Positions 18,230 to 28,461 of a stretch of DNA of 64,000 nt are shown one piece after another. Source of the stretch: Candidatus Helarchaeota archaeon (lineage in GTDB: Archaea > Asgardarchaeota > Lokiarchaeia > Helarchaeales > RDOG01). The notes beneath the pieces were generated by a model, which was not told the DNA's origin, made no database searches, and was given only the letters and a program-made list of their open reading frames with translations. Both the position numbers and the translations under genes were made by a program. The stretch covers positions 544,001 through 608,000 of the forward strand of contig JAHPZH010000002.1 of the NCBI GenBank assembly GCA_019058315.1, written 5' to 3'. Numbering within the stretch: the first letter of the stretch is position 1; every line of letters begins with the position of its first letter.

Positions 18230-20389
18230 TCAATTTTTTTTATCAAGATTAAATACTTTATTAAAAATATCTTTAGTATTTTGAAATTGCGAAATATTTC
18301 CTGCAAATGATTCGAGTCTATCCTCATATTGTCTTTCAAATTCTTTTACAAAATTGAATAAAGATCGAACTAAATATTCATTTGTTTTACCATTAATTAG
18401 GAGAAGTGCTTGAATATAATCCCCTGTTTCAACTTCTATATTATAATTTTTATATTTTAGACCTGTTACAGGTGTTTCTTTTTTAGAAATTTCAGTACCA
18501 AAACTTTGTATTGCTGTGATGAATCCACTTATTAAATCAGCATCTAATTTAATTGCACCTAATTGGTCTTGATAAATAGCTAGGCCATTATTCTTATGTA
18601 CTACGATAACATAATTAAGAATTGAAAGCGCATATATTCTTTCTATTAAAGCTAAGTTTTTATCGATATTTTCTGTTCCTATTTTAAAATCTTCCGTATA
18701 TTTATCAAAATCTTCATATGTATCTTTAAATGATGAAATATCATGAGTTGCTAGCTCCCGCAGTTCTTTTACCCATTGAATTAATTCATATTCTAATTCT
18801 ATCGCTGTATCATCATCAATGCAGCTTTCTTCCTCATACATTCCTTGAAATTTTAAAATCCATTTGTTCATGGATTCCAAAATTCTAAAATCAGGATAAT
18901 ATTTTTTCAAACCATTTTTAATTTTTGATAATGATAAAGTTATTTTTTTGATTTTTTCCTCATTACAACAAATATTAAAACATTCCTTTAATTCATTACT
19001 ACAATTAAATATTTCTGTTATCTTTGTAGCCACTTCCTCAGATTTTTCTAAGGTTTTTAAAGAATGTTGTAATGATATCGTTATTAAATTTCGTATATAA
19101 GCCAATAATCCAGTTGTTTGAGTTAAATCATTAGCCCAAACTTCAATAATTATATTAGGTTGATCCAATCTGACATTCACTACAATTTGTTGTCCTGTAA
19201 CTTTTACTTTACCAGAATAAAGTGTCGATAAATTATTTTTGTCTTCTTTAACTTTGGACAGATCCAATGCCTCAATTTGGCTAAGAGCAATATTTAATGC
19301 TTGTTTTTTGGAAATATCTCCATAATCTATTTTTGTAGTAGATTTTTTTAGCTTACTAATCCATTCATTTATCTCATACTCGGACATTGACTGTGGAATT
19401 ACCAAGGGACACTTTATCGCTATCTCTTTCGGATTTATTGTTAATGTATGGGCATTTCCATATGCATCTTGGTATGAAACTGCCCCAAAAACGGTTGATT
19501 TTCCACAAGTATTTGGAATTAATGTGAAATCTACCCCTCTTGAATTGTGTGGAGGTAAATTTGTAATTTTTTGAACAGATTCATCCCAAAAAAATTGATC
19601 TGATGGGTTTAACGTTACTAAAATATTATTTATACTCATGTCTGTATTGTTTTGTACCGCTACTTTGAATCTAATATTACCACCAAGATAATCAAATTCT
19701 CGTTTAACTGCAACCATTTCTGTAGGTACAGATATTTTTGGAGAGTAATAAATGATTTTATTTTCTACTGTGGAATCTATTAAATTGTATTCTAATAATT
19801 TCTTTAAATGTGGCTGGATTTGACCATGACTTAAACTTAAATATCTTTCAAGGTCGGATAACCTGATTTTTTCATAACGAATTATATGATCAAAAATTAA
19901 TTTTGTTCTTTCTTTCTTTAAAACTAATACTTTATCATCTTGAGTCTCATCAAATTCGAATAAAAAGTATGCCTTTTTATTCATAAATTTCTTGCTTCTA
20001 AGATATCCAAATTTTTCAAGGAATTTAAGATGTCTAAAGGCCATATACGATCCTAAATCAAAGGCTCTCTGAATTTCTCTAACATGAGAACCAGGATTAT
20101 TCTTTATATAATCGTAAATTCGAGCTCTTTTCTCGCTTTCTAACACATTAGCTTTAGTTACACTTGAACCTTCAATTAAGTAACCCTTTTGATACATATA
20201 ATTTAATGAACTTGTAATTTCATCTTCTGAATTACTAAGTTTGGAAGTACATAATTTATAAATATCATCAAAATTGAAGAATTTCTTCCTACTTCTAAGT
20301 TGTGAAGCAATTTCCAAAATTTTTTTTTCTAGCTTGCCTAAACCCTTTAACTTCGATATATAGAAAACCCCCTTATCGTTTCGGGTCAT
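18230..20389 (-). CDS. Fusion: tandem wHTH + adaptin/coatomer appendage-like (Ig plus platform) + helical region + C-terminal longin
   Basis: RARIYDYIKNNPG..HLKFLEKFG (COG3398-like HTH); VKREFDYLGGNIRFKVAVQN..IKCPLVIPQSMSEYEINEW; VIVVHKNNGLAIY..DADLISGFITAIQSFG. Confidence 0.65.
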   Translation of the reverse strand: MTRNDKGVFYISKLKGLGKLEKKILEIASQLRSRKKFFNFDDIYKLCTSKLSNSEDEITSSLNYMYQKGYLIEGSSVTKANVLESEKRARIYDYIKNNPGSHVREIQRAFDLGSYMAFRHLKFLEKFGYLRSKKFMNKKAYFLFEFDETQDDKVLVLKKERTKLIFDHIIRYEKIRLSDLERYLSLSHGQIQPHLKKLLEYNLIDSTVENKIIYYSPKISVPTEMVAVKREFDYLGGNIRFKVAVQNNTDMSINNILVTLNPSDQFFWDESVQKITNLPPHNSRGVDFTLIPNTCGKSTVFGAVSYQDAYGNAHTLTINPKEIAIKCPLVIPQSMSEYEINEWISKLKKSTTKIDYGDISKKQALNIALSQIEALDLSKVKEDKNNLSTLYSGKVKVTGQQIVVNVRLDQPNIIIEVWANDLTQTTGLLAYIRNLITISLQHSLKTLEKSEEVATKITEIFNCSNELKECFNICCNEEKIKKITLSLSKIKNGLKKYYPDFRILESMNKWILKFQGMYEEESCIDDDTAIELEYELIQWVKELRELATHDISSFKDTYEDFDKYTEDFKIGTENIDKNLALIERIYALSILNYVIVVHKNNGLAIYQDQLGAIKLDADLISGFITAIQSFGTEISKKETPVTGLKYKNYNIEVETGDYIQALLLINGKTNEYLVRSLFNFVKEFERQYEDRLESFAGNISQFQNTKDIFNKVFNLDKKN

Positions 20390-20532
20390 ATCATTATTTT
20401 TGATTTTATGGATTAATAATAATTAATAATTGTTAATAATTATTTCGGTAATTGTTATCATATGATATAATATCATAATTTACATTTTTATTTAATTTAG
20501 GATGATTTAATAGCAAATTTATCCCCCATATT

Positions 20533-20555
20533 AAAAAATAAAAAAAGAAAAAAAA
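20533..20555 (-). terminator. Putative oligo-T terminator
   Basis: Long T-tract on the minus strand immediately after stop of 20558..26005. Confidence 0.5.
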
Positions 20556-20557
20556 TA

Positions 20558-23500
20558 TTATTTTTCTAGTTCTTCTAGTTCAGTTAACCATTCTTCTATT
20601 TCATCTTCTTCCAAAGTAACTAAATCTCTCAGTAATAATTGCTTTTCTTGCTCTGTAAGACTTTTTAGGTTTTGAACTCTTATATATACTTCTTCTGAAA
20701 TACTTGAGATTGGGCTAGTTATCATTGATTTTAGCTCTTCATAGGATACTTTTCTAAGTTTCAATGATTCGTCAGATTCTCTTAATACTTTCCGTATCTC
20801 TTCTGCACCTATACCGACTTTCTTTTTGACTTTTGTTTTCATGACCCTCTTGGTTTTTACTCTTGTGGATCTTCTCTTAACTAGTAATGTTGCTGTGACC
20901 GTTGCACTTGCTGCAATACTACCGATAATAATTATGATTATTATCGTAATGTCTTCTCCTGGTGGTATGAAGATGATAGGGTTTGGATTTTTTTTCACTT
21001 TAAATTGATAAGTTGCTGATATGTCAATTTGTCCACTTGTATCATTTACCCAAACTGAGTAATTAATTGTTTTTTTACTGGCATTCAAAGGAACATATGA
21101 AACAAAGCTCCAATAACCATCTGTGGTGCTTCCAGAAATAAAATTCATTTCAATATATTGGAATGAACCGTAGAGATTTGTATATAGAAATACATGCGAG
21201 ATTCCTTGATCGTCTGTTACATGTGCAGTTATATTAATGATGTCGAGAGGTCGTGGTTTATTATTATCAATGCTAACATCTATTATAGAAGGTGCGTCAT
21301 CCAAGATTATTTGATATTGGTAGCCACTAACACTATCCGAATTATCATTAGAATCATTTGTCCAGATGGAATAAGTAATTGTTGTACCAACAGAACCTTG
21401 AGGAATTATATAGTCCCAATAACTATCTTGAGCAGTGCCTGAGAGGAAATTCATTGAATAATCTTGAGAACTACCAGTGTAATTTGTATTGATTATAACT
21501 GAGTTAATTCCTACATTATCAGTTATATGTACAGTAATATTCACTGTGTCAAAATTATCTGGAATCAATGGGTCTTGTGAAACACCAACAATATTTGGAT
21601 CTTCATTATCTGTTATAAGATATTGGTAAGATATTGAAGTATTTGGATTATCAGAAGTATCATTAACCCAGATGGAATAATTGATTGTTGTTCCAGCCGC
21701 ACCTTGAGGAATAGTATAATTCCAATAACCATCTTGAAATGTGCCTGATAGAAAATCCATTTCGTGATCTAATGGGATTCCGGTGTGATTTGAATTGATT
21801 AAAACCGTATCAACTGCTTCATTATCCGTGATGTGGACAGTAATATTAACGGAATTCAAATTACCAGGGCTTAATGGGTCTCTTGAAACTGAAATTATAT
21901 CAGGGACTTCGTTGTCACCAATTATATATTGATATGGTCCAACGGTGTCTGAATTAGTGTTTGTATCATTCACCCAAATTGAATAAATGATTGAAGTTCC
22001 AATGGGATATGCGGGGATAGTAAAGTTCCAATAACCATCTTGAGTAGTTCCTGAAAGAAAATCCATTTCATAATTTGTTGGGGTTCCGCTGTGGTTAGAA
22101 TTGATTAAAACTGTGTCTACTTCTACATTATCAGTAACATGGACAGTAATATTTACTAAATCTAAGTCACTAGGACTATTAGGATCCCTAGAAACTATAC
22201 CTATATTAGGATCTTCGTTATCCACAACAAGATATTGGTAAGAATTTGTATTATTCGAATTGCTACTTGTATCATTTACCCAAATGGAATAATTGATTAT
22301 TGAACCAGCAGCAACTTGAGGAATTTGATATTTCCAATAACCATTTTCAACCTTACCAGATATAAAATTCATTGAGTAATTTACGAAACTTCCAGAATGA
22401 TTCGTATTAATCATTACTTTATGAACACTAACGTTATCGGTAATGTGTACTGTTATATTGACGATATCCAAATTGCCAGGTGAAGTTGGATCTTGTAAAA
22501 CCTCGAGGATATTTGGTACTTCAGTATCATTAAAGACGCATCTAGGGCCTAAAGGATTAATAGTAGGTGGATTTGCTATAAGGGTATCATATAAATCGTC
22601 AACAAAATCTTGTTTATCATTAACATTTGTCGAACCTACATCTTTATAGAATTGCCAGAACCCGAAACTGTTGGTAATCGCAGTGTTACCACTCTCTACT
22701 CCGATAGCAATAGAAATAGAAGCAAGAGGGTTACTAGGAAATTCACATTCTCTAATCCGCATGTCATTTAAATACGGATCCGGAGTCATATCCCATAAAG
22801 TAATTAAAGTATCGGAATCACCAGTATCTTCTGTAAACATTTTTCCCTCGTCTAACACTATATAATGATCTTGCCAACTAATGCCAGTATAATCAAAAGT
22901 TTCACTTGACCAAGCCCCACTTGTATAGTAATACTGTGCATCAAAGTCAATAATTTTATCTTCGGCCTGAAAACCTCCTCTAAACCAACAAGTCCCTGAA
23001 CCAGGATAATTTTGATATCTGTAAATATAAGAATTTTCGTAAAATCTAAAGTACGTCCAATAATTGTCATCCGCAATTTGCCATGCTTCAATAAAAATTG
23101 GACCATCATTGATTATTGGAGTAGCATATAAATTGCCGAAAGGATTACAAGCTACATGTCCCATTTGATAACGGGTTCCTCCACCAAGATGTTCGTTTCC
23201 ATCAGTATCGAACTGGCGAAGAACTGCCATATTATCAATATTCATTATTGCTGAACCACCATCCATAAAATTTACCGTGTAACCTGTCCTTGAAATATCC
23301 GTATAACCTGCAGGATTTGTTGGAGTACTATTATAATAAACTCTATATGATTTAGTTTCTGATGCACTTAAACTATCTATGAATGCAATATTTGCAGAAG
23401 ACACATATAAAATTTCATCTTCTTCATATCCACTTGACCATGAATTATCTGTAGCAGCTACATAGATACCTGCTTTAAAATTACCACTTGTATGAAGATA

Positions 23501-26005
23501 TTCCCTATATACAGAAGTTTGTGGAATAACAAAATCAATATTTACCCCAATCACAGACCAATTCAGACTATTCTCGTCCCAATACCAAACATTATATTTA
23601 TCAGTACCACAATCAAATGTGCATTTAAAAGTATACCACTTGTTGGTTTCGTATGCAATTCCAGTATCCTGAGCTGCACCATCACTATAATAAAAGTTTC
23701 CAGTATTATAAAAACCAAAACATACAGCATATCCACCGGATCCGACTAATGCAATAGCATGATATGTATCTATTGTAGCCATAGCAGTAATATAATATGT
23801 TCCACTTACTTGTGCAGTAAAGTCCTTTTCCATCTCACAAAAATCTCCAGTAGTACTATTGTCAATACACTCTACGACATTTTTATATCCCATAAAGCGT
23901 GGTAAAACCTGAATTTGTGTATTTGATCTTTCTGTAATCGTCCAACCGCTCGGATCTCCGAAATCAGATGAATTAGAAAATGTCTCATTCGCATTAGGTA
24001 CTATATTATAGACTTGTGAAATCAGCTCGTCTCCAGGACTATAGGGCGATTCATATATACGTAGAGAGTCTTTATAGCAGTACTTTCCTTCTTCAGTGAA
24101 AATTACAGGATCTATGATAACATCTGTTTGATTTACACCTGTATTTTCAGTAACTTGGAATTCTTTAAAAAGTATTAAAGTACCATTTCTGGAGTCTAAT
24201 GTTCCAATGGTAGGTGGATTTTCAATTAATGAATTATGTAAATTATCAACGAAATCTTGTTTATCGTTAATATTTGTCGACCCCGCATCTTTATAGAACT
24301 GCCACGCCCCCATGCTATGAGTAACTGCAGGTTCATATGTAGAATTTATTCCGATGGTTACACCAACACTTGCAGGTTCTGGAAAGTCGGCTTCTCTTAT
24401 CATTATATCATCCAAGTAAGGATCCGGTGTCATATCCCATAATGTAATTAAAATATTTGGGTCTCCAGTTTCTTCTTGAAACATTTTACCCGCATCTACT
24501 ACATTGAGATTACTTTGCCAAGATCCACCTGTATAATCAAATTCTTCATATTGCCAGCTACCAGTTTGATGAAAATAAGTTCCTTCAAAATCGAAAGTCG
24601 CTATACCACTACCTGAACCAAAAACAGCCCAAGCATAAACACCCACACCTGAATAATTATGATATTTATAGATATAAGAATTTGCATAATATCTATAAAA
24701 ACTCCATTCGCTTGCGGTATCAACGTGCCAGGCTTCGATAAAGATAGGACCATCAGATATAATTGGAGCAGCCGCTACGGAACCACCACCTCCATCATAT
24801 TCATGGGTAACAGTATTTTTATAAAAAGAATCTCCAGACATGCGCTCATCCCCATTTTTATCAAATTGGCGAATTAGTTCAAGGTCATCAACATACATCA
24901 TAACAGATCCACCATCCGTGAAATTCACTGTATAATTTGTCCTTGCGATATTAGTATATCCTGCTGGATTTGTCGGGGTGCTATTATAATATACGCGATA
25001 ATCTTTAGTTTCTGAGGCAGTTAAATTATCTATAAATGCAATATTAGCAGAAGACACATATAATATTCTATCTTCTTCGTATCCACTTGACCATGAATAA
25101 TCAAGAGCTGCTATATATAAGGCTTGTTTTATTAGTGAGCTATGAATCCAAGTTTGGTATAAAGTAGCACTATAAACATATAAATTAACATCCAATGCTA
25201 TAGAAACCCAGCTGAAAGAGGTTTCATCCCAATACCATACTGAATATTCATTTACTGAACAATCAAAGTCGATTTTAAAGGTGTACCATTTATTAGTCTC
25301 ATAATAAATTCCACTATCAAATGTTGCTCCTCCACTAGCATAGCAAATAGTTCCTGTTTGATTAAAATATAAACTAACTCCATATCCTGATGCACCATTT
25401 ATTGAAAATTCAAAGGTTGTGTTTTCTGTAGTTGTCATGAGTGTTACATAGGCTGTCCCAGAAACTTGATTTGAAAAACCATTTTTCATATCAACCATAT
25501 CACTACTTGAATTGTCAAACATTTCAACTACTTTTTTATAACCATTAAAACGTGGTAAAACCCTAATTGAAGTATTTAGAGGTTCAGTTACTGTCCAACC
25601 ACTCGGATCTCCGAAATCAGGTGATGTGGAAAATGTTTCATACGCATTGGGTACAAGGTTATAAACTTGTGAAATCAGCTCGTCTCCAGGATTATAAGGC
25701 GATTTATATACACGTAAAGAATCTTTATAACAGTATTTTCCTTCTTCAGAGAAAGTTACAGGATCTATTATAACATCTGTTTGATTTTTTCCCGTATTTT
25801 CAGTAACTTTAAATTGTCTAAAATATTCGAAGTCGGTAGCTGCTTTTATATCCATAATTGAATTGTTAGTTATCTTAGGATCTTTAGCATAAGGAAATAT
25901 TGGTAAATTATTGCTTAATAAAAAACTGCAAAATATAGCTGTGTTAAGGATTATTGCACCTATAATTAAGAAGGTAATGCCTTTATTCTTTTTAAGGTTT
26001 CCCAT
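20558..26005 (-). CDS. Giant single-pass surface protein (1815 aa): two ~551-aa repeats, five ~102-aa Ig-like repeats, TM, ~100-aa cytoplasmic tail
   Basis: Signal segment, duplicated lectin-like modules, repeated DNExPxI..VNITVHITDN..GYWNYTIP units, TM ITIIIIIIIGSIAASATVTATLLV. Confidence 0.85.
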   Translation of the reverse strand: MGNLKKNKGITFLIIGAIILNTAIFCSFLLSNNLPIFPYAKDPKITNNSIMDIKAATDFEYFRQFKVTENTGKNQTDVIIDPVTFSEEGKYCYKDSLRVYKSPYNPGDELISQVYNLVPNAYETFSTSPDFGDPSGWTVTEPLNTSIRVLPRFNGYKKVVEMFDNSSSDMVDMKNGFSNQVSGTAYVTLMTTTENTTFEFSINGASGYGVSLYFNQTGTICYASGGATFDSGIYYETNKWYTFKIDFDCSVNEYSVWYWDETSFSWVSIALDVNLYVYSATLYQTWIHSSLIKQALYIAALDYSWSSGYEEDRILYVSSANIAFIDNLTASETKDYRVYYNSTPTNPAGYTNIARTNYTVNFTDGGSVMMYVDDLELIRQFDKNGDERMSGDSFYKNTVTHEYDGGGGSVAAAPIISDGPIFIEAWHVDTASEWSFYRYYANSYIYKYHNYSGVGVYAWAVFGSGSGIATFDFEGTYFHQTGSWQYEEFDYTGGSWQSNLNVVDAGKMFQEETGDPNILITLWDMTPDPYLDDIMIREADFPEPASVGVTIGINSTYEPAVTHSMGAWQFYKDAGSTNINDKQDFVDNLHNSLIENPPTIGTLDSRNGTLILFKEFQVTENTGVNQTDVIIDPVIFTEEGKYCYKDSLRIYESPYSPGDELISQVYNIVPNANETFSNSSDFGDPSGWTITERSNTQIQVLPRFMGYKNVVECIDNSTTGDFCEMEKDFTAQVSGTYYITAMATIDTYHAIALVGSGGYAVCFGFYNTGNFYYSDGAAQDTGIAYETNKWYTFKCTFDCGTDKYNVWYWDENSLNWSVIGVNIDFVIPQTSVYREYLHTSGNFKAGIYVAATDNSWSSGYEEDEILYVSSANIAFIDSLSASETKSYRVYYNSTPTNPAGYTDISRTGYTVNFMDGGSAIMNIDNMAVLRQFDTDGNEHLGGGTRYQMGHVACNPFGNLYATPIINDGPIFIEAWQIADDNYWTYFRFYENSYIYRYQNYPGSGTCWFRGGFQAEDKIIDFDAQYYYTSGAWSSETFDYTGISWQDHYIVLDEGKMFTEDTGDSDTLITLWDMTPDPYLNDMRIRECEFPSNPLASISIAIGVESGNTAITNSFGFWQFYKDVGSTNVNDKQDFVDDLYDTLIANPPTINPLGPRCVFNDTEVPNILEVLQDPTSPGNLDIVNITVHITDNVSVHKVMINTNHSGSFVNYSMNFISGKVENGYWKYQIPQVAAGSIINYSIWVNDTSSNSNNTNSYQYLVVDNEDPNIGIVSRDPNSPSDLDLVNITVHVTDNVEVDTVLINSNHSGTPTNYEMDFLSGTTQDGYWNFTIPAYPIGTSIIYSIWVNDTNTNSDTVGPYQYIIGDNEVPDIISVSRDPLSPGNLNSVNITVHITDNEAVDTVLINSNHTGIPLDHEMDFLSGTFQDGYWNYTIPQGAAGTTINYSIWVNDTSDNPNTSISYQYLITDNEDPNIVGVSQDPLIPDNFDTVNITVHITDNVGINSVIINTNYTGSSQDYSMNFLSGTAQDSYWDYIIPQGSVGTTITYSIWTNDSNDNSDSVSGYQYQIILDDAPSIIDVSIDNNKPRPLDIINITAHVTDDQGISHVFLYTNLYGSFQYIEMNFISGSTTDGYWSFVSYVPLNASKKTINYSVWVNDTSGQIDISATYQFKVKKNPNPIIFIPPGEDITIIIIIIIGSIAASATVTATLLVKRRSTRVKTKRVMKTKVKKKVGIGAEEIRKVLRESDESLKLRKVSYEELKSMITSPISSISEEVYIRVQNLKSLTEQEKQLLLRDLVTLEEDEIEEWLTELEELEK
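21000..22530 (-). repeat. Five tandem ~306-bp intragenic repeats
   Basis: DTEVPNI, DNEDPNI, DNEVPDI, DNEDPNI, DDAPSII unit starts near 22530, 22223, 21917, 21611, 21302. Confidence 0.9.
22540..25820 (-). repeat. Two tandem ~1653-bp intragenic repeats
   Basis: F(K/Q)VTENTG.NQTDVIIDPV.F.EEGKYCYKDSLR occurs near 25800 and 24150; offset 1653 bp. Confidence 0.9.
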
Positions 26006-26472
26006 TTTACATTCTCCATTTTTATTTTCGATTTTAATTAGTATTTTTTAAATTTATAGAATTACTTAATTTAAGTAAAAAGAATAAAAAATTCAATTTA
26101 AATCAAGAGGGGGCAATTTTATGCAAAAAAAACAGTAAATAAAAATGATTAAAATAAAATAAATTCTTAACTTATTATCTCCTGCATTGTTCTAATTCAA
26201 AGCTCTAGTATGTTCACATAATTTTTAATATTTAAATCTATTTAATTAGATAAAATATAAAATTTATTAAGTAATTATATAAATATGTAATCGTGAGTAA
26301 TGAAATTTTAATATGTGACTTGAATTCTATTGTAATTCATCTTCATTCTCAATTTTGATTTATAAATAAAATGAAGAATACAAAATTTCCTCTAATAATT
26401 TATAATAAAATAATATCTTCTTGTTAAGAAGGGACAAAGATTTTTTAATTCTTTTAATATGAAATAAATTAA

Positions 26473-27324
26473 ATGAATTTTTTAAAGAGTCTAGTCAAAA
26501 AATTGAAATATAATATTTCAAAAATTTTAAAATCAAAAATTCTACAGTTAGTTAGATATTTTAAGAAAAAATCACCAAAATTGGAGAAGTTAATTAGTGA
26601 AATAAAATATTTCTTACGTGGTCATGGCTTATATAGCATAAATACAAATAATATGACAAGGTTCAACGGAGATTCAATTCTAGCATCACTGATTGATGAA
26701 ATAATTACCTATTTTAATATATCTTCCTTAATAGAGACTGGAACTTTTTTAGGGGCAACTTCATTAATTATGGCACAACAATATTCAAAGTTACCTATTC
26801 TAACTTGTGAAGTGGAAAAAAAAATCTATAATATCGCAATTCGAGTTCTAAAAAGGCATAAAAATGTAAGAATAGAAAATATTAGTTCAGAAAAATTTCT
26901 GAAAAAATTATTTAAATATAAAAAAAATTATCAAACTATATTTAAATTTCCTTTAATTTATCTTGACGCGCATTGGTATGATTTTTGGCCACTTCAAAGT
27001 GAAATAAAGGAAATTTCAAATGAATTAAATAAAACTATTATAGTAATTCACGATTTCGAAGTTCCAAATAATCCTGAATTTAATTATTATGTTTACTTAA
27101 GTTCAGATACAAAAAAAATTCACTGTAATTTATCTTTGATTAAAAATGAATTAAACAGTAAAAATCATTATTCCCTTTTATATCCTAAATATAATAAAAA
27201 AGAAGCAAAAGTATTAAAATTAACAGGATATATCATAATATTTCAAAATCTTAGGGAATTATTTAACAATTTTATTAATAATAAATTAGTTAAAAAGAAC
27301 TTTTTTGAATTTAAAAACGAATAA
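26473..27324 (+). CDS. Class I SAM-dependent methyltransferase-like protein
   Basis: LIETGTFLG, TCE, YLDAHW, IHDFEVP; paralog of 47617..48531. Confidence 0.7.
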   Translation: MNFLKSLVKKLKYNISKILKSKILQLVRYFKKKSPKLEKLISEIKYFLRGHGLYSINTNNMTRFNGDSILASLIDEIITYFNISSLIETGTFLGATSLIMAQQYSKLPILTCEVEKKIYNIAIRVLKRHKNVRIENISSEKFLKKLFKYKKNYQTIFKFPLIYLDAHWYDFWPLQSEIKEISNELNKTIIVIHDFEVPNNPEFNYYVYLSSDTKKIHCNLSLIKNELNSKNHYSLLYPKYNKKEAKVLKLTGYIIIFQNLRELFNNFINNKLVKKNFFEFKNE

Positions 27325-27393
27325 ATTAAGTAATTTTTATTAAGACTGTTAAGGTTATGCATTTAAGAGAATTAAACAATAATTATTCAAGAA

Positions 27394-28461
27394 TTACTCT
27401 GAATATATTAAATCTTCATTTGAATTTATAATTTTTGTATATTTATAATGTCTATGGATATTTTTAAGAATAACATTATATTTTTTCTTAATTATGCTTA
27501 AATGTCTGAGATAATTATCTTCATTATTTATGTAATCTGGTATAGATTTATAATTTAAATTTCGTAAATCAACATAACTCCCTTTAGGTAGATAATCACT
27601 AGGGTAGGGACCCCCAAGTACTATAGGTACACAACCAGATAATATTGCATTAAATATCTTCTCTGAAAAATAGTTATTTATATTCCTATTTTCAATACAC
27701 AAACACCATCTATACTTGAATAGAGTTCCCCAAATATCATTTATGAGACCATTATAATTCTTTGTACCTTTCCATCCTGATCTCCCATAAATATCTATAA
27801 TATTTAATTTATCAAAGTATCTTACTATTTTGCTTCTAATCCCATATAATTTATTAAATTTTAGTCCAGCAACTTTAAATTTTGCATTGGGATGTCCAAT
27901 TATTTGCATTGCTAGAGAACCAAATTTCTGCAAATTATTAAAGGATGAAATTAAATTATTTGGATTAAATAGATCCCAGCGAGAATGTTCTGAGAGAATT
28001 ACTGCTATTTTATCAATTTTTTCATTAAAATTTATTAATTCAAGATTTAGAGCTTTATTATTGTGTTCTGAAATTGCGGATATATTTCCTAGAAAGAATA
28101 TATTTCTATTATTCGTCAGGGGCTTAATATAAGTATAAATTTTATTAAAAATTTTAAGAAAAAAATTTAAATTATTATAAATTCTTTTTATACCTTTCCT
28201 CCAAGGAGCTTCACCTATTAAAAGTATTTTTTGATTAAACTTAGATTCTATAATTCTTTTTATTAAATTATTTGAGAATCCTAGGGAACCAATTCTAACA
28301 ATAAGATTATCACCTTTTGTAACTTTTAAAAAAGGATTCCACTGCTCTTCGTAACTGCATTTTAAGTAAAGTTCAGATGGAAATTTACTAAAATTTTCAG
28401 TAAATTCAGGTAATGGTTTTTTTGTGATTTGATCACTATTTAACCATAGATAAGTTACCAT
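27394..28461 (-). CDS. GT10 alpha-1,3-fucosyltransferase-like glycosyltransferase
   Basis: YRWCLCIENRNINNYFSEKIFNAILSGCVPIVLGG matches the GT10 motif YxFxLxxENxxxxxYxTEK..VPIxxG. Confidence 0.75.
   Translation of the reverse strand: MVTYLWLNSDQITKKPLPEFTENFSKFPSELYLKCSYEEQWNPFLKVTKGDNLIVRIGSLGFSNNLIKRIIESKFNQKILLIGEAPWRKGIKRIYNNLNFFLKIFNKIYTYIKPLTNNRNIFFLGNISAISEHNNKALNLELINFNEKIDKIAVILSEHSRWDLFNPNNLISSFNNLQKFGSLAMQIIGHPNAKFKVAGLKFNKLYGIRSKIVRYFDKLNIIDIYGRSGWKGTKNYNGLINDIWGTLFKYRWCLCIENRNINNYFSEKIFNAILSGCVPIVLGGPYPSDYLPKGSYVDLRNLNYKSIPDYINNEDNYLRHLSIIKKKYNVILKNIHRHYKYTKIINSNEDLIYSE

Noticed and set aside
4875-25820. Tandem repeats as CRISPR array or mobile element
   Set aside because: Units are 300-1650 bp, in frame and inside CDSs; no short repeat-spacer pattern, cas or transposase genes.
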